This document shows, in pieces, positions 1-10,066 of a DNA stretch of 64,000 nucleotides. Within the stretch, counting starts at the first letter, position 1; the number at the start of each line of letters is the position of its first letter. Location of the stretch: positions 313,010 to 377,009 of the forward strand of contig OY969116.1 of assembly GCA_963698075.1 (NCBI GenBank), read 5' to 3'. Under the pieces are notes generated by a model. The model saw only the letters and a list, made by a program, of their open reading frames with translations, had not been told where the DNA came from and ran no database searches. This stretch comes from an uncultured Candidatus Berkelbacteria bacterium. Lineage in GTDB: Bacteria; Patescibacteriota; UBA1384; UBA12157; JAENIV01. Position numbers and translations under genes: made by a program.

Positions 1-1382
1 AGAAAACCTAACTTTTGGATAACGCTTGAAATAATTTCTTTAGCAATGGTTTTTTCACTCTGTGAGAGTCCTCCAGATTGGGGTAAATTTTTAAAATAAT
101 TCTGGAGGCTGCCAATGTCCATCTCCGTTATCCCGACGATATTTTTGTTAGCCTGCGACGCACCAATGGTAATATTCAAAACTTCTGGCCGAAGACGTTT
201 ACCTTTACATGTCGGACAGATTCTTTCAACCATATATTTTTCAATTTCTGTCTTCAAATAATCTGAATCTGTTTCTTTATAACGTCTCTCTAAATTGGGA
301 ATTACTCCTTCAAATGTGCCGTCGCCGTAAAGAACAATCTGACGAACTTTCCGCGAAAGTTCTCCCACGGGCATATCTAGAGAAAATTTATGCCGATCCG
401 CCAAATCTTTAAGAGTTTTGTTATACCAGCTCGCATGGGAAGTAATTCTGGACCAAGGCCTAATTGCTCCTTCAGCTAAAGTTAATCGGGGATTTGGCAA
501 AACGAGACTCGGTTCAATCTCATATTTTCGTCCCAATCCTTGACAGGTCGGGCAGGCACCTTGCGGAGAATTGAAAGAAAACAATCTGGGATGCAATTCG
601 TCTAAAGTCGTTTGGCATTTAGGACAATTAAACATTTCCGAATATTTTTTCTCTTTGTTACTGACAGGATCGAGCACAATCAAGTTACCTTGCCCCATTC
701 TTAAAGTTTTTTCAACTGCCTTAATGACTTCCGCTTCTTCGAGATTATCATTCTCCAAAACAACGGCCTCGATTGAGTGTGGTTTGTTTTTATCCAGCGT
801 CAATAATTGAGCTTCGACCATATCCATCAAAACATCATCAATTCTAACTTTGGAAATTTTGAGGGCCTTCAGTTTCGCCAAAAGATATTTGTGTTCGCCC
901 CGCTGCAGTCTCACTTGTGGCGCCAAAAAGGCAATTTTTTTGGTCGACTTAAATTCAGCCATGATATTGGCGGCAATATCTTTGGCTTCCTGTTTGGTCA
1001 AAATACTCTTACAATTGGGACAATGTGGCCGGCCAATACGGGCAAAAAGAACTCTTAAATAGTCATAAATTTCGGTAACGGTTCCGACAGTTGAACGTGG
1101 GTTTTGTGAGGCGCTACGTTGATCAATCGAAATTGCTGGCGAAAGATTTTCAATCCAATCAACGTCAGGTTTTTCTAAATTACCAAAAAATTGTCTGGCA
1201 TACGTTGAAAGTGATTCCACATAGCGACGTTGACCCTCGGCATAAATCGTGTCAAAAGCCAATGATGATTTGCCCGACCCGGAAATACCGGTGATTACGA
1301 CGATCTTGTCACGGGGGATTTCTAAATTGATATTTTTGAGGTTGTGTTCGCGAGCGCCATGAACAATAATTTTGTCTCTCAT
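1..1382 (-). CDS. uvrA: Excinuclease ABC subunit A (3' end beyond window)
   Basis: Manual translation from ATG at 1382: [59 protein letters not shown], the UvrA N-terminus; Zn-finger CPNC follows. Confidence 0.97.
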   Translation of the reverse strand, partial: MRDKIIVHGAREHNLKNINLEIPRDKIVVITGISGSGKSSLAFDTIYAEGQRRYVESLSTYARQFFGNLEKPDVDWIENLSPAISIDQRSASQNPRSTVGTVTEIYDYLRVLFARIGRPHCPNCKSILTKQEAKDIAANIMAEFKSTKKIAFLAPQVRLQRGEHKYLLAKLKALKISKVRIDDVLMDMVEAQLLTLDKNKPHSIEAVVLENDNLEEAEVIKAVEKTLRMGQGNLIVLDPVSNKEKKYSEMFNCPKCQTTLDELHPRLFSFNSPQGACPTCQGLGRKYEIEPSLVLPNPRLTLAEGAIRPWSRITSHASWYNKTLKDLADRHKFSLDMPVGELSRKVRQIVLYGDGTFEGVIPNLERRYKETDSDYLKTEIEKYMVERICPTCKGKRLRPEVLNITIGASQANKNIVGITEMDIGSLQNYFKNLPQSGGLSQSEKTIAKEIISSVIQKLGF

Positions 1383-1521
1383 TTTTTTCTTTCTGATTAA
1401 CTTTAGCTATTGTAACATAAATTAAAGTCTTTGACAATATCTAGAGACTATTTGACAATCTCTCAAATTTTCCTTAATTTTAAAATGAATAATATTTATC
1501 TTAATTAGAAATGGAGGTTAA

Positions 1522-1941
1522 ATGCTAGGAGGAAAAACTACCGGTCCCTCTGGTCCAGGGACGGTTGTTGGTGCCAACGTCAAACTCGTTGGCACCTTGC
1601 AAGATGCCAGTGACATTACCATTCATGGTCGGATTGAAGGGGAGGTCATTTCCTCCCAGGGAATTTCTGTCACTGAAACCGCCTACATCAAAGGGCCAGT
1701 TTCTGGCGAAATCATCACCATCGCCGGAAAAGTCAGGGGATCAATTACTTGTACCGGAAGAATGGAAATTTTGCCAACGGGAAAAGTGTTCGGATCGATT
1801 ACCAGTAAAGATCTTTCGATCAAATCTGGGGCCATCTTTGTCGGCAAATGCACCATGCCAGAAGGCGAGAAAGAAGAAGAGGAAGAAAAATTGCCCGAAA
1901 AGGAAATCTCAAAGGAGACAGCCGCCTACGAAGTCGAATAG
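1522..1941 (+). CDS. Bactofilin / polymer-forming cytoskeletal protein
   Basis: TVVGANVKLVG...ITIHGRIEGEV...GKVRGSI...GAIFVGKC beta-helix repeats; GGAGGT RBS. Confidence 0.9.
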   Translation: MLGGKTTGPSGPGTVVGANVKLVGTLQDASDITIHGRIEGEVISSQGISVTETAYIKGPVSGEIITIAGKVRGSITCTGRMEILPTGKVFGSITSKDLSIKSGAIFVGKCTMPEGEKEEEEEKLPEKEISKETAAYEVE

Positions 1942-1946
1942 CATAA

Positions 1947-2696
1947 ATGTACTATTACATAATGGAGTCTCCGAAGGCAAAAATTGTCTCCCGACAGGAA
2001 AAAATTAAAGATATCTTGGGCGACTTGGGCATCGCTGGTGAGACAGTCTCACCTTCGGCGGCTCGCACAATTGAAGAACTGACCCATTTAGGAATCATTA
2101 AGGGATATTCCACTATCGTTGCTGTTGGTCCAGAAAGTCTGGCTAATAAAGTTATCACGGTGCTGGCGACTCAAAAAGAAGTTAAAGATGTTGTTTTGGG
2201 GATAATCCCTGATGATTTCACCTCCCAGATTGCTCGAAAAATCGGCACCAAAGATTTATACACTGCCTGTGAGGCTTTGAAAAACCGCAAACTAGAAACT
2301 ATTGATCTCTGTTTGCTGGAACCCAACAAATATTTCTTAACCGACGGCACAATCGAAACTTTCTTTAACCAGGAAATTTACTTCTCGATTGAAAATCTTA
2401 AAGGTAAAGCCATCGCTAATAAAGTTGTCATTAAACCAGGCTTAGAAGTTTTCTTTTATGATAAATCACTCCAGGGAACCCCTTTGTCTTCTTTTTGGCG
2501 ATGGCTTTTTGGGAAAAAACAAGATGATATTTATTCTAGCTACTTTCAAAGCAAACGCTTAAGAATTGAGTCACAAAATAGTCTTTCTTTAAAAGTCTCC
2601 GGTCAAACAATCGCTAAAACTCCTCTAACCTTACATAATCGTTCTCGGATCTTGAAAATTATTGTCGCCCGTGATAGAATCAAAAAAGAAAAGTAA
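1947..2696 (+). CDS. Diacylglycerol-kinase-like family protein (divergent)
   Basis: TIVAVG...LGIIP...IARKIG...IDL and C-terminal LKVSGQ..AKTPL pattern resemble DAGK; catalytic GGDG degenerate. Confidence 0.55.
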   Translation: MYYYIMESPKAKIVSRQEKIKDILGDLGIAGETVSPSAARTIEELTHLGIIKGYSTIVAVGPESLANKVITVLATQKEVKDVVLGIIPDDFTSQIARKIGTKDLYTACEALKNRKLETIDLCLLEPNKYFLTDGTIETFFNQEIYFSIENLKGKAIANKVVIKPGLEVFFYDKSLQGTPLSSFWRWLFGKKQDDIYSSYFQSKRLRIESQNSLSLKVSGQTIAKTPLTLHNRSRILKIIVARDRIKKEK

Positions 2697-2700
2697 AAAT

Positions 2701-2794
2701 GACACTCCGTCGACGTAGTCGACGGTATCTTATCCTCCATTCCGGCGGAGTGGAAATCCGCCGAAGCCCCGCTTAGCGGGGCGAAGGAGGATTA
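2701..2794. repeat. Nested inverted-repeat element upstream of infC
   Basis: ccgtcgac-gta-gtcgacgg hairpin, then atcctcc...ggaggat enclosing ggcgga/tccgcc and gccccgc/gcggggc stems. Confidence 0.65.
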
Positions 2795-2808
2795 TCAAAG
2801 GGTTAACG

Positions 2809-3327
2809 ATTAAAGAATTAAAAACAAACCAAGAAATTATTTCATCCGAGGTCGTTCTCATTGATGAGAACGGCAAATCCCAAGGAGTCACCAGTCTCGA
2901 CCAAGCGTTACTTCTTGCCTATGAAGCTGGTTTGGATCTGGTTGAAGTCAATATCCATTCCCGTCCACCGGTCGTAAAAATCATGGATTACGGCAAATAT
3001 CGTTACGCCCAAGAAAAGCAAGAATCCAAACAAAAATCGAAATCGAAGGGACCTGAGATAAAGGAAGTTCGCCTTAGTCTTAAGATATCTTCTCATGACT
3101 TGGAATTTAAAACCCGTCAAGCACAAAGGTTTTTAAATGAAGGAGATAAAGTTAAGGTAGCTGTCAAACTTATTGGCCGAGAAATGATGTTTCGTGAGAA
3201 AGCTCGAGAGATGATCGAAAATTTTCGTCGAAATACCAATACCGAATACGAAAGTCCGGTGGAAAGACTGGGTAACCAATTTTCTGCCGTCTTGATAGGA
3301 AAAAAATATGAAGCAAAAGACCGTTAA
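2809..3327 (+). CDS. infC: Translation initiation factor IF-3 (ATT start)
   Basis: Frame open from ATT 2809: IKELKTNQEI..EVVLIDENG..GLDLVEV..PPVVKIMDYGKYRY; precedes rpmI-rplT. Confidence 0.93.
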   Translation: MKELKTNQEIISSEVVLIDENGKSQGVTSLDQALLLAYEAGLDLVEVNIHSRPPVVKIMDYGKYRYAQEKQESKQKSKSKGPEIKEVRLSLKISSHDLEFKTRQAQRFLNEGDKVKVAVKLIGREMMFREKAREMIENFRRNTNTEYESPVERLGNQFSAVLIGKKYEAKDR

Positions 3328-3502
3328 ATCAGCCAAAAAAAGATTAATGACCACGGGAAGTGGGAAAATATTGCGCCGGAGACTCTCGGCGCAACATTTG
3401 GCTATGGGGAAATCAAAAAGGGTCCGTCGAGCGGCCGGCAAAAAGGTTTTAATTTCCTCGGTTGATTCGCGTAAGATTAAAAAATTAGTCCCCAATAGGT
3501 AA
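3308..3502 (+). CDS. rpmI: 50S ribosomal protein L35
   Basis: MKQKTVKSAKKR..TGSGK; position between infC and rplT. Confidence 0.93.
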   Translation: MKQKTVKSAKKRLMTTGSGKILRRRLSAQHLAMGKSKRVRRAAGKKVLISSVDSRKIKKLVPNR

Positions 3503-3508
3503 TAAAAC

Positions 3509-3856
3509 ATGGCCAGAGTAAAACGTGGAGTTACAACCAAAGCAAAACATAAAAGATTATTGGCTAAGACTAAGGGTTTTCGTCATGGCCGCAAAAATTT
3601 AGTGCGGATGGCAAGACAGGCGGATTTGAAAGCTGGTCAATACGCTTATCGCGACCGCCGAGCCAAAAAGCGCGATTTCCGCCGCCTTTGGATTATTCAA
3701 ATCAACGCCGCCTGCCGGCAAAATGATATGAAATATTCGGCCTTTATTAAAGCGCTCAAAGAAAAAAAAATCGACCTTGACCGAAAAGTTCTCGCTGACA
3801 TTGCCGAGAACAATCCTGAAGAATTTACGAATTTAGTCGAAAAAGTCAAATCTTAA
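3509..3856 (+). CDS. rplT: 50S ribosomal protein L20
   Basis: MARVKRG...YAYRDRRAKKRDFRRLWIIQINAA. Confidence 0.98.
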   Translation: MARVKRGVTTKAKHKRLLAKTKGFRHGRKNLVRMARQADLKAGQYAYRDRRAKKRDFRRLWIIQINAACRQNDMKYSAFIKALKEKKIDLDRKVLADIAENNPEEFTNLVEKVKS

Positions 3857-3911
3857 TTAAAAGAAAGATGCCCCGGGGTTCCCAGGGCACCGATGAACTC
3901 GTTATAGTCTC

Positions 3912-5144
3912 TTAGGATGTGGCGATGCTAGCGTGCTCTTCGATACTAGCGTAAGGAAGGAAGGGCTCGACCCACTCCTCGACAGGTCTGGCGTCGAAGA
4001 TATTCCGGCGCAATAGCCGGTTGCCAACGGTTCCGATTGCCTGCTCCATCATCCAGACGGACTGGCGAGTGGCTTCCTCGATCTGCTGGTCAGTCACATA
4101 CTGGTTGATGTAATGGAGCCAGTCGTCCCCGTGGTCTCGCATTGCTGATTCCTTGGCCGCGTAGATCCCCTGTGCCCGGAAGACCGCGCGCTGGATCTCT
4201 TTATTCGCGGGAATCAGGTAATTGATATCACCTCGAGCGTAGGGAACTGCCAGGCGATTTTCATCGACCGTACAGGCGAAATCGCCGAAGCGTCCAGCGG
4301 CTTCCTCGACTTTGCCATCAATGTTGTCGATGCCCGCAGCCCGACAGAACGCGCGTTGATGATGGGCATTGCGCACTAACGTGGCCTGCCAGGCGGTGAA
4401 GGACAGATCGTCGAGATGCATGAAGCGCTGAGCTTCCTCGGGGGTGATGTCCTTATCGCCGGCCGGATCGTACTTTGCGTTGAAACTGATCGCCGGTTCA
4501 TCCATGAGGAATCCAGGGTTCGGAATCCGGTCGAGGTTGGCGTCGGCGAATACCTGCCGCATCTTGGGATCTTCCATGATTCCAGGAATCGCCCGAATCT
4601 CGTCGAGCCCGACGACCGTCTCGTCATAGGTCGCCAACTGCTCATAGCGATTCCCCATGCCCGCGGCGTTGAAGATCCGTTTGAATGTTGAGCTGCCGAG
4701 CGGGAAGCCGAACCGGAAGATGCATTCGGCGTCCGAGACGAAGGTCGTTATATGGCCGGCTGCGATGAGGCGGTGGTAGATGGCGCGGCTCTCGACAGTG
4801 AGAACGTCGCTGAGGATGTATGGGGTGGCCGCCAACCGCATAACCACCTTGTTGCTCTTCTCTCCTCGGTCAAGGAGAGTCCCGACGGTAACGACCTGGT
4901 CGCCATGATCCAGCATGCCGACGTAGGTGCTCCGGAACCCGGCCTTAGCCGCTTCTTCCCAGTAGTATGCCGCGGTCATCGCGAGGACATATCTCTTGCC
5001 ACGTATCTCCTGTGATGGAATCTTCTTCTTGAGATCGGCGACCGAGAAGCGCCCGCTGACGATCCACGGTCCGATGCCCAGGTACCAAAGCCCGGGCGCC
5101 ACGAATTGCGGCCAGGTTGGATCCAAGTCCTTGACGCTACCCAT
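3912..5144 (-). CDS. purC: SAICAR synthase-like protein (long, divergent form), GC-rich
   Basis: MGSVKDL N-terminus, SGRFSVAD..IP..IRGK, DGKVE, TVDENR, NKEIQR motifs; adjacent to purE-like gene. Confidence 0.75.
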   Translation of the reverse strand: MGSVKDLDPTWPQFVAPGLWYLGIGPWIVSGRFSVADLKKKIPSQEIRGKRYVLAMTAAYYWEEAAKAGFRSTYVGMLDHGDQVVTVGTLLDRGEKSNKVVMRLAATPYILSDVLTVESRAIYHRLIAAGHITTFVSDAECIFRFGFPLGSSTFKRIFNAAGMGNRYEQLATYDETVVGLDEIRAIPGIMEDPKMRQVFADANLDRIPNPGFLMDEPAISFNAKYDPAGDKDITPEEAQRFMHLDDLSFTAWQATLVRNAHHQRAFCRAAGIDNIDGKVEEAAGRFGDFACTVDENRLAVPYARGDINYLIPANKEIQRAVFRAQGIYAAKESAMRDHGDDWLHYINQYVTDQQIEEATRQSVWMMEQAIGTVGNRLLRRNIFDARPVEEWVEPFLPYASIEEHASIATS

Positions 5145-5163
5145 CGTTTCCTCCTTGCCTTTC

Positions 5164-5715
5164 CTAGCGTTGACCGGCTACCGCATTACCGGCCAAAACG
5201 ATGGCCTCATCCAAGAGTAGTACTTCGACCGGACGCGGCTTGGGAAGCTTGACCTCGGGGAGTTGTCCCTTGATGGCAAACCTGCAGGCACGCAAGAAAC
5301 CCTCGGATCCGACGAACGTGCGGATACCATCACCACTAACCACCTGGGTTCCTGGGACTTCCGTTATAGACAGCTTCGCTGCCAAGGTATGCTTGTTGTT
5401 GCTTGGATCTTCGAACGCTACTCCTACCACGATAATATGAGTGTCATTAAGAGAGTAGCGCAGATATGAATCGCATATCCCCGTGAGGTGATTTGCCCAT
5501 CCCGCCGCCGTTAACAGAACGTCGATTGGCGGCTTCATTTTGCTCAGAGACTCCAGATGAGCAAGCGTCTCCCGCGTTACACGATGGATGCTACTAGCCC
5601 GGATATCGATGAGCTCGATTTCCCCGTGCTTCTTGGCCGTTGCGAGCAACTGAAGGCCATCAAGGCACTGCTTGAGATCGGACTTTGAACCAACTATTAC
5701 AGCGATTCTTCTCAT
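5164..5715 (-). CDS. purE: AIR carboxylase / N5-CAIR mutase family protein
   Basis: IAVIVGSKSDL, SSIHR, AAGWANHLTG motifs; GGAGGG RBS before ATG 5715. Confidence 0.8.
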   Translation of the reverse strand: MRRIAVIVGSKSDLKQCLDGLQLLATAKKHGEIELIDIRASSIHRVTRETLAHLESLSKMKPPIDVLLTAAGWANHLTGICDSYLRYSLNDTHIIVVGVAFEDPSNNKHTLAAKLSITEVPGTQVVSGDGIRTFVGSEGFLRACRFAIKGQLPEVKLPKPRPVEVLLLDEAIVLAGNAVAGQR

Positions 5716-5770
5716 GCCGTGTTTTCCCTCCATCACGAAGGTTCATCCCGCCTTTGGCAGGAGCATTTTA

Positions 5771-5799
5771 AGAGTACAAATTCACCCTGATTTTGTCAA
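5771..5799 (-). promoter_or_regulatory. Sigma70-type promoter for purE-purC
   Basis: TTGACA-17 nt-TACTCT on minus strand. Confidence 0.6.
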
Positions 5800-5846
5800 T
5801 CCATTCGACTTCGCTCAGGATTGATACTGAGTTAAAATCGAAGTGT
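5800..5846. repeat. Short REP-like palindromic repeat
   Basis: ttcgacttcgctcag...ctgagttaaaatcgaa imperfect inverted repeat. Confidence 0.5.
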
Positions 5847-6514
5847 CAAACTTTGATTTCTAAAGTATCGTAGGCCAAATTAAAACGCTTATCGCCTAAT
5901 TTTTGAACAATTGCCGTCATTTCTTTGTGGGTTTTTCGCGTATGGCCGTTATGGGTAAAATAGATCTTTTTTAAATTTTTATAGGGCTTGATTGTCGCGA
6001 TGATCTCGTTGATTGACAGATGTCCCCCAAAAGTTCTACCGAGCATCGAACCGTCAAGGATAGCAATTTTGACTTCTTGTAGATATTTCTCCGCTAAATT
6101 GAGTGATAAACTATCAGGAATATAGGCAACGTCGTTAACTATTAAACCGACGGTGGGGGCCATTTTAGAATGTTCAACTTTGAAAGCAAAAAAATCAATT
6201 CCCAGAAGTTTAAAATGTTGACCGGGCTTTGCCCGGATTAACCTGATATCGCGGTTAATTCTTAAGATAAATTTGAGACCACCGATATGATCCTCGTGCT
6301 CGTGAGTGACAATTAAAGTATCAATATTTCTTATTTGGGGAGTCCTCAACTGCTTTAAAATATCAGGGGAGGCATCGATTAAAATTTTTTTGTTAATCAA
6401 AATTGATGACCGTAATCTTTGGTCTTTTTTATCTTTTGATTGACATTGGGGACAATCGCAGCTTTCTCGCGGGATGGCTTTTTCACTTGAGGTACCCAAA
6501 AATTTTATCGTCAT
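5846..6514 (-). CDS. MBL-fold metallo-hydrolase (PhnP-like)
   Basis: FLGT, CDCPQC, THEHEDHIGG motif, GHLS, FTH. Confidence 0.9.
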   Translation of the reverse strand: MTIKFLGTSSEKAIPRESCDCPQCQSKDKKDQRLRSSILINKKILIDASPDILKQLRTPQIRNIDTLIVTHEHEDHIGGLKFILRINRDIRLIRAKPGQHFKLLGIDFFAFKVEHSKMAPTVGLIVNDVAYIPDSLSLNLAEKYLQEVKIAILDGSMLGRTFGGHLSINEIIATIKPYKNLKKIYFTHNGHTRKTHKEMTAIVQKLGDKRFNLAYDTLEIKV

Positions 6515-6519
6515 AGTTT

Positions 6520-6879
6520 TTATCTTTGAAGCTTCCGCTGAAACTTCTTATTTGCACAAGTGACACAAAGGTCAGCTCCGGGATACGCTTTAAGTCTTCC
6601 TTGCTCTATTGACCCCTTGCACTGTTCGCAGAAACCATAACTGCCTTTTTCAATTTTGGTTAGGGCTTTCTTGGTATCTTGGATTAGATTGCGGATATTT
6701 TTCTGCAGACTTAAATTCTCCTGAAATTTCTCTAATTCTTGAACATTTTCATCTTCAGAAGTGCCATATTCAGGAAACTTTCGAGTTAACTTATACTGCT
6801 CTTCAAGATGGGCTAATTCCCTCTGAAGCAATTTTTTCTGTTTCCTCACAAAAAGGGTGTTGGAAATTTGTTCAAGCAT
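6520..6879 (-). CDS. TraR/DksA C4 zinc-finger protein
   Basis: ALTKIEKGSYGFCEQC..I..GRLKAYP.A.LCVTC. Confidence 0.9.
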   Translation of the reverse strand: MLEQISNTLFVRKQKKLLQRELAHLEEQYKLTRKFPEYGTSEDENVQELEKFQENLSLQKNIRNLIQDTKKALTKIEKGSYGFCEQCKGSIEQGRLKAYPGADLCVTCANKKFQRKLQR

Positions 6880-6983
6880 TGGGCTCCTTTCTCAAATCTA
6901 TCCCAACTTGATATTAAACCATAATTTAAGATTGTCAAATCATCATTGAAAATCAACCCATTTTCGAATAAAATAATCTAAGA

Positions 6984-7056
6984 GGGCGTTTAGCTCAGCA
7001 GTTAGAGCGCTACGTTCACATCGTAGAAGTCAGAGGTGCGAATCCTCTAACGCCCA
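6984..7056 (+). tRNA. tRNA-Val(CAC), CCA not encoded
   Basis: Cloverleaf; anticodon arm ctacg-ttCACat-cgtag; T loop TGCGAAT. Confidence 0.9.
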
Positions 7057-7081
7057 CTATCAATATTTTTTGTATAAAAAA

Positions 7082-7855
7082 ATGTTTTATTTAATCGTTG
7101 CTCTCATCAATGCAGTCTATGGAATAATGCTTTTAGTGAGCATCACCCGCGATACCCCGGGATTTTTGCTAATTTTATTTATTGGGCTTGTTTTATCAAT
7201 CTTGGGGTTGGTTGGCCTGGGACTTTGGCTATGGCAAATGATTGTCAATATTAAGGGAGGGTCGAAAAAGGCCGAGCTCGCTTTAAAGAATTGGTGGCAA
7301 ATTGCCAAGGGAATTGATGTTCTTTTAATTGTGGGATTACTTTTTAGATTTCTCGTTCTCGAGCCATTTGTCGTCGAGGGAAATTCTATGGAACCTAACT
7401 TTCATGACCATGAATATCTTTTAGTTAATCAACTGACCTATCGAATTCGTGCTCCCGAAAGAGGTGAGACTATCATTTTTCAATATCCGAAAGATCCCAA
7501 GGAAGATTTTATTAAAAGGATTATCGGTTTGCCGGGAGAAAAAGTGGAGATCAAAAATGGTCAAGTTTTTATCAACGATCACTTGTTAGAAGAAAAATAT
7601 CTTAATTTAGCTGAAGGTAGCGTGAGTTCCACTTCGGGTGAAAGTTTTCTAGTCCTTGGAAATGATGAATATTTTGTCATGGGCGATAATCGCAATCACT
7701 CTTCAGACTCGCGTGACTGGGGATCGCTCCCTCGTAAAAATATTATTGGCCGCGCCTGGCTTGACGTTTATCCATTTCGATATTGGGGCTTGGTTAAAAA
7801 TTACGAAAGTAGTTTTTTGACCTCATCATCACTTATTTGGGGAAATTCTTCATAA
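7082..7855 (+). CDS. lepB: Signal peptidase I
   Basis: GNSMEP, FIKRIIGLPG, MGDNRNHSSDSR; N-terminal TM helices. Confidence 0.95.
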   Translation: MFYLIVALINAVYGIMLLVSITRDTPGFLLILFIGLVLSILGLVGLGLWLWQMIVNIKGGSKKAELALKNWWQIAKGIDVLLIVGLLFRFLVLEPFVVEGNSMEPNFHDHEYLLVNQLTYRIRAPERGETIIFQYPKDPKEDFIKRIIGLPGEKVEIKNGQVFINDHLLEEKYLNLAEGSVSSTSGESFLVLGNDEYFVMGDNRNHSSDSRDWGSLPRKNIIGRAWLDVYPFRYWGLVKNYESSFLTSSSLIWGNSS

Positions 7856-8412
7856 AATTGACCGACGGCGAAAAACATTGGCTCAATATTGAGAACTATT
7901 ATTTCGTCAACTTTTGGCTTTAGATTTTCAACAGTTTCTGGTGGCGCCACCGGCACGGCAATAATAATTTTAGCCGGATTTTGTAATTTCACTTCCTTTA
8001 TTGCCACTTCCATCGTTAAACCGGTAGCCAATCCGTCATCAACAAGAATCGCCATTTTGTTTTTTAAATCAATCTCTGGTTTTGAGCCGCGATATTCTTT
8101 AAGACGTCTTTGGATTTCTTGGCGCTCTTTTCGTGCCTCGTCCTGGAGATATTCTGGATTAGGGTTTTCTCGCGGGCTGATGATCATTTCGTGGGCAGAA
8201 ACCGCCGCCACCGCGTATTCCGGATTCATGGGCGCGCCGATTTTGCGGGTGACAATAATATCTAATGGCGAGTTTAGAGTTTTGGCAACTTCAGCGCCGA
8301 TGATAATCCCACCGCGGGGCAAAGCTAAAATAATCCCCTTTTTAATCTCGGGAAATTTACTTCTTAATTTTTGAGAAAGCATCTGACCAGCCTCAACTCG
8401 ATTTCTAAACAT
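7801..8412 (-). CDS. Phosphoribosyltransferase family protein
   Basis: MFRNRVEAG, LALPRGG, ILVDDGLATG. Confidence 0.9.
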   Translation of the reverse strand: MFRNRVEAGQMLSQKLRSKFPEIKKGIILALPRGGIIIGAEVAKTLNSPLDIIVTRKIGAPMNPEYAVAAVSAHEMIISPRENPNPEYLQDEARKERQEIQRRLKEYRGSKPEIDLKNKMAILVDDGLATGLTMEVAIKEVKLQNPAKIIIAVPVAPPETVENLKPKVDEIIVLNIEPMFFAVGQFYEEFPQISDDEVKKLLS

Positions 8413-8964
8413 TTAATCCCCCAAAGGCAAAGTCTTTATTAAAGTATGTTTCGGCCCATCGCTTAAGAGTTCAGATTCGAATAGGATAATTTCTTTTACC
8501 GGAAAACAAGGAAAATCTTTTTTGGATATCTTATTGACAATATTTTCAAGATTTCTGGATTTTTTTATTCTGGCAAAAGTGACATGTGGCTTGAATTTGC
8601 GTGAATCATCAAACTGGATATCAGCCGCCTTCAAAATTTTACTGATTTTTTCTTGAAAATGAATAATTTCTTCATTTTCCTTAAAGCCCACCCAAAGATT
8701 ATGAGGTTTTTCTAAATTCGGAAACCCGCCTAAATTCAAACAAGTTAGCTTTAGTTTTTCAGATCTAATTTTTCCCAAAGACTCCACAATTTTTGGAATC
8801 AAAGTATAGTCTGTATCACCTAAAAAAACCAAAGTCAAATGGATATTTTCCGGTTTAACCCATTTGGCGTCAACACCAGCTGATTTCAATTCTTCCTGAA
8901 TCACCCTGATTTTTTGTTGAATTTCGTCGGGGATTTCAATCGCCACGAACAATCTCTTTTTCAT
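8413..8964 (-). CDS. thpR: RNA 2',3'-cyclic phosphodiesterase (2H family)
   Basis: RLFVAI, HLTLVFLG and PHVTFAR 2H motifs. Confidence 0.93.
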   Translation of the reverse strand: MKKRLFVAIEIPDEIQQKIRVIQEELKSAGVDAKWVKPENIHLTLVFLGDTDYTLIPKIVESLGKIRSEKLKLTCLNLGGFPNLEKPHNLWVGFKENEEIIHFQEKISKILKAADIQFDDSRKFKPHVTFARIKKSRNLENIVNKISKKDFPCFPVKEIILFESELLSDGPKHTLIKTLPLGD

Positions 8965-9019
8965 GGCTTCATTTTACCATATCTGTTATAATGAATAAAG
9001 AAATCACAAATAAATTGGG

Positions 9020-9169
9020 AGCGAAGCCAAGTATCCTCAAAAGTGGCTATCGCAGGCCAAAAAGCATGGTTCCGAGGTAATCCGAGGATTTTTGGCCGAG
9101 ATCGCAGGCACCGATTGCGCGCTGGAGCAATCGTAGTGCCGGCATCTTTTGACGGATACTGGCGAGCGA
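9020..9169. mobile_element. Palindromic MITE-like element, copy 1 (intergenic)
   Basis: Ends gccaagtatcctcaaaag / cttttgacggatactggcgagcg shared with 16620-16749; internal hairpins. Confidence 0.7.
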
Positions 9170-9173
9170 TATT

Positions 9174-10058
9174 ATGAAAGAATGCTACCTCTATCAAAAA
9201 TCAGGCGATTACACCGTTTGTGCTACTTGCAACCACCGCTGTCGGATTGCGCCTTATAAACGCGGTATTTGTGGAGTAAGAGAGAATCAGCAAGGAAAAT
9301 TACATCTTTTAGTCTATGGTCGAATTATTGCTGAAAATATTGACCCAATCGAAAAAAAGCCCTTGTATCATTTTATGCCCGGAACTTCCTCTCTTTCTAT
9401 CGCCACTGTTGGCTGTAATTTTCGTTGTCTTTGGTGCCAAAACTGGGATATCGCCCAATGCACTAAAGACAATGCCGACCGCACCGAAATTACCAGTAAA
9501 ATGGGCATTGAAATGGAACCGGAACAAATAGTTGAAGACGCCAAAAAATACGGCTGTCCCTCAATTTCTTATACTTATACTGAACCGACAATTTTTCTCG
9601 AATTTGCCTTAGATACCATGAAACTGGCAAAAAAAGCGGGTCTAAAAAATGTTTGGGTCTCCAACGGCTATATGACAACGGAGACACTTGATTTAATCAC
9701 GCCATATCTGGATGCGATTAATGTAGATTTAAAGGGATTTAGCGAAGAAAATTATTTAAAATATTCCGGGGCCAAGTTACAGCCGGTCCTAGATAATATC
9801 CGCGAGATCTATAAACGCAAGATCCATCTTGAAGTCACGACTTTGATCGTCCCAGGGGTTAATGATGACGAAAAACAACTAAATGATATCGCCCAATTTC
9901 TCGCCTCGATATCAAAAAACATTCCCTGGCATATTTCCCGGTTTTTCCCAGCCTACAAAATGCCCGATACACCGGTAACGCCCATTGAGACCTTAGAACT
10001 GGCCGAAAAACTTGGCAAAAAAGCTGGTTTAAAGTATATTCATTTAGGAAATATTTAA
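9174..10058 (+). CDS. amrS: AmmeMemoRadiSam system radical SAM enzyme
   Basis: DPIEKKPLYHF.PG, GCNFRCLWCQNWDI, YTYTEP. Confidence 0.95.
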   Translation: MKECYLYQKSGDYTVCATCNHRCRIAPYKRGICGVRENQQGKLHLLVYGRIIAENIDPIEKKPLYHFMPGTSSLSIATVGCNFRCLWCQNWDIAQCTKDNADRTEITSKMGIEMEPEQIVEDAKKYGCPSISYTYTEPTIFLEFALDTMKLAKKAGLKNVWVSNGYMTTETLDLITPYLDAINVDLKGFSEENYLKYSGAKLQPVLDNIREIYKRKIHLEVTTLIVPGVNDDEKQLNDIAQFLASISKNIPWHISRFFPAYKMPDTPVTPIETLELAEKLGKKAGLKYIHLGNI

Positions 10059-10066
10059 GGAATAAA

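Noticed and set aside
209-1294. Short plus-strand ORFs
   Set aside because: Antisense shadows of uvrA.
8961-9197. 78-aa minus-strand ORF
   Set aside because: Runs through the palindromic element and the amrS start; no protein features.
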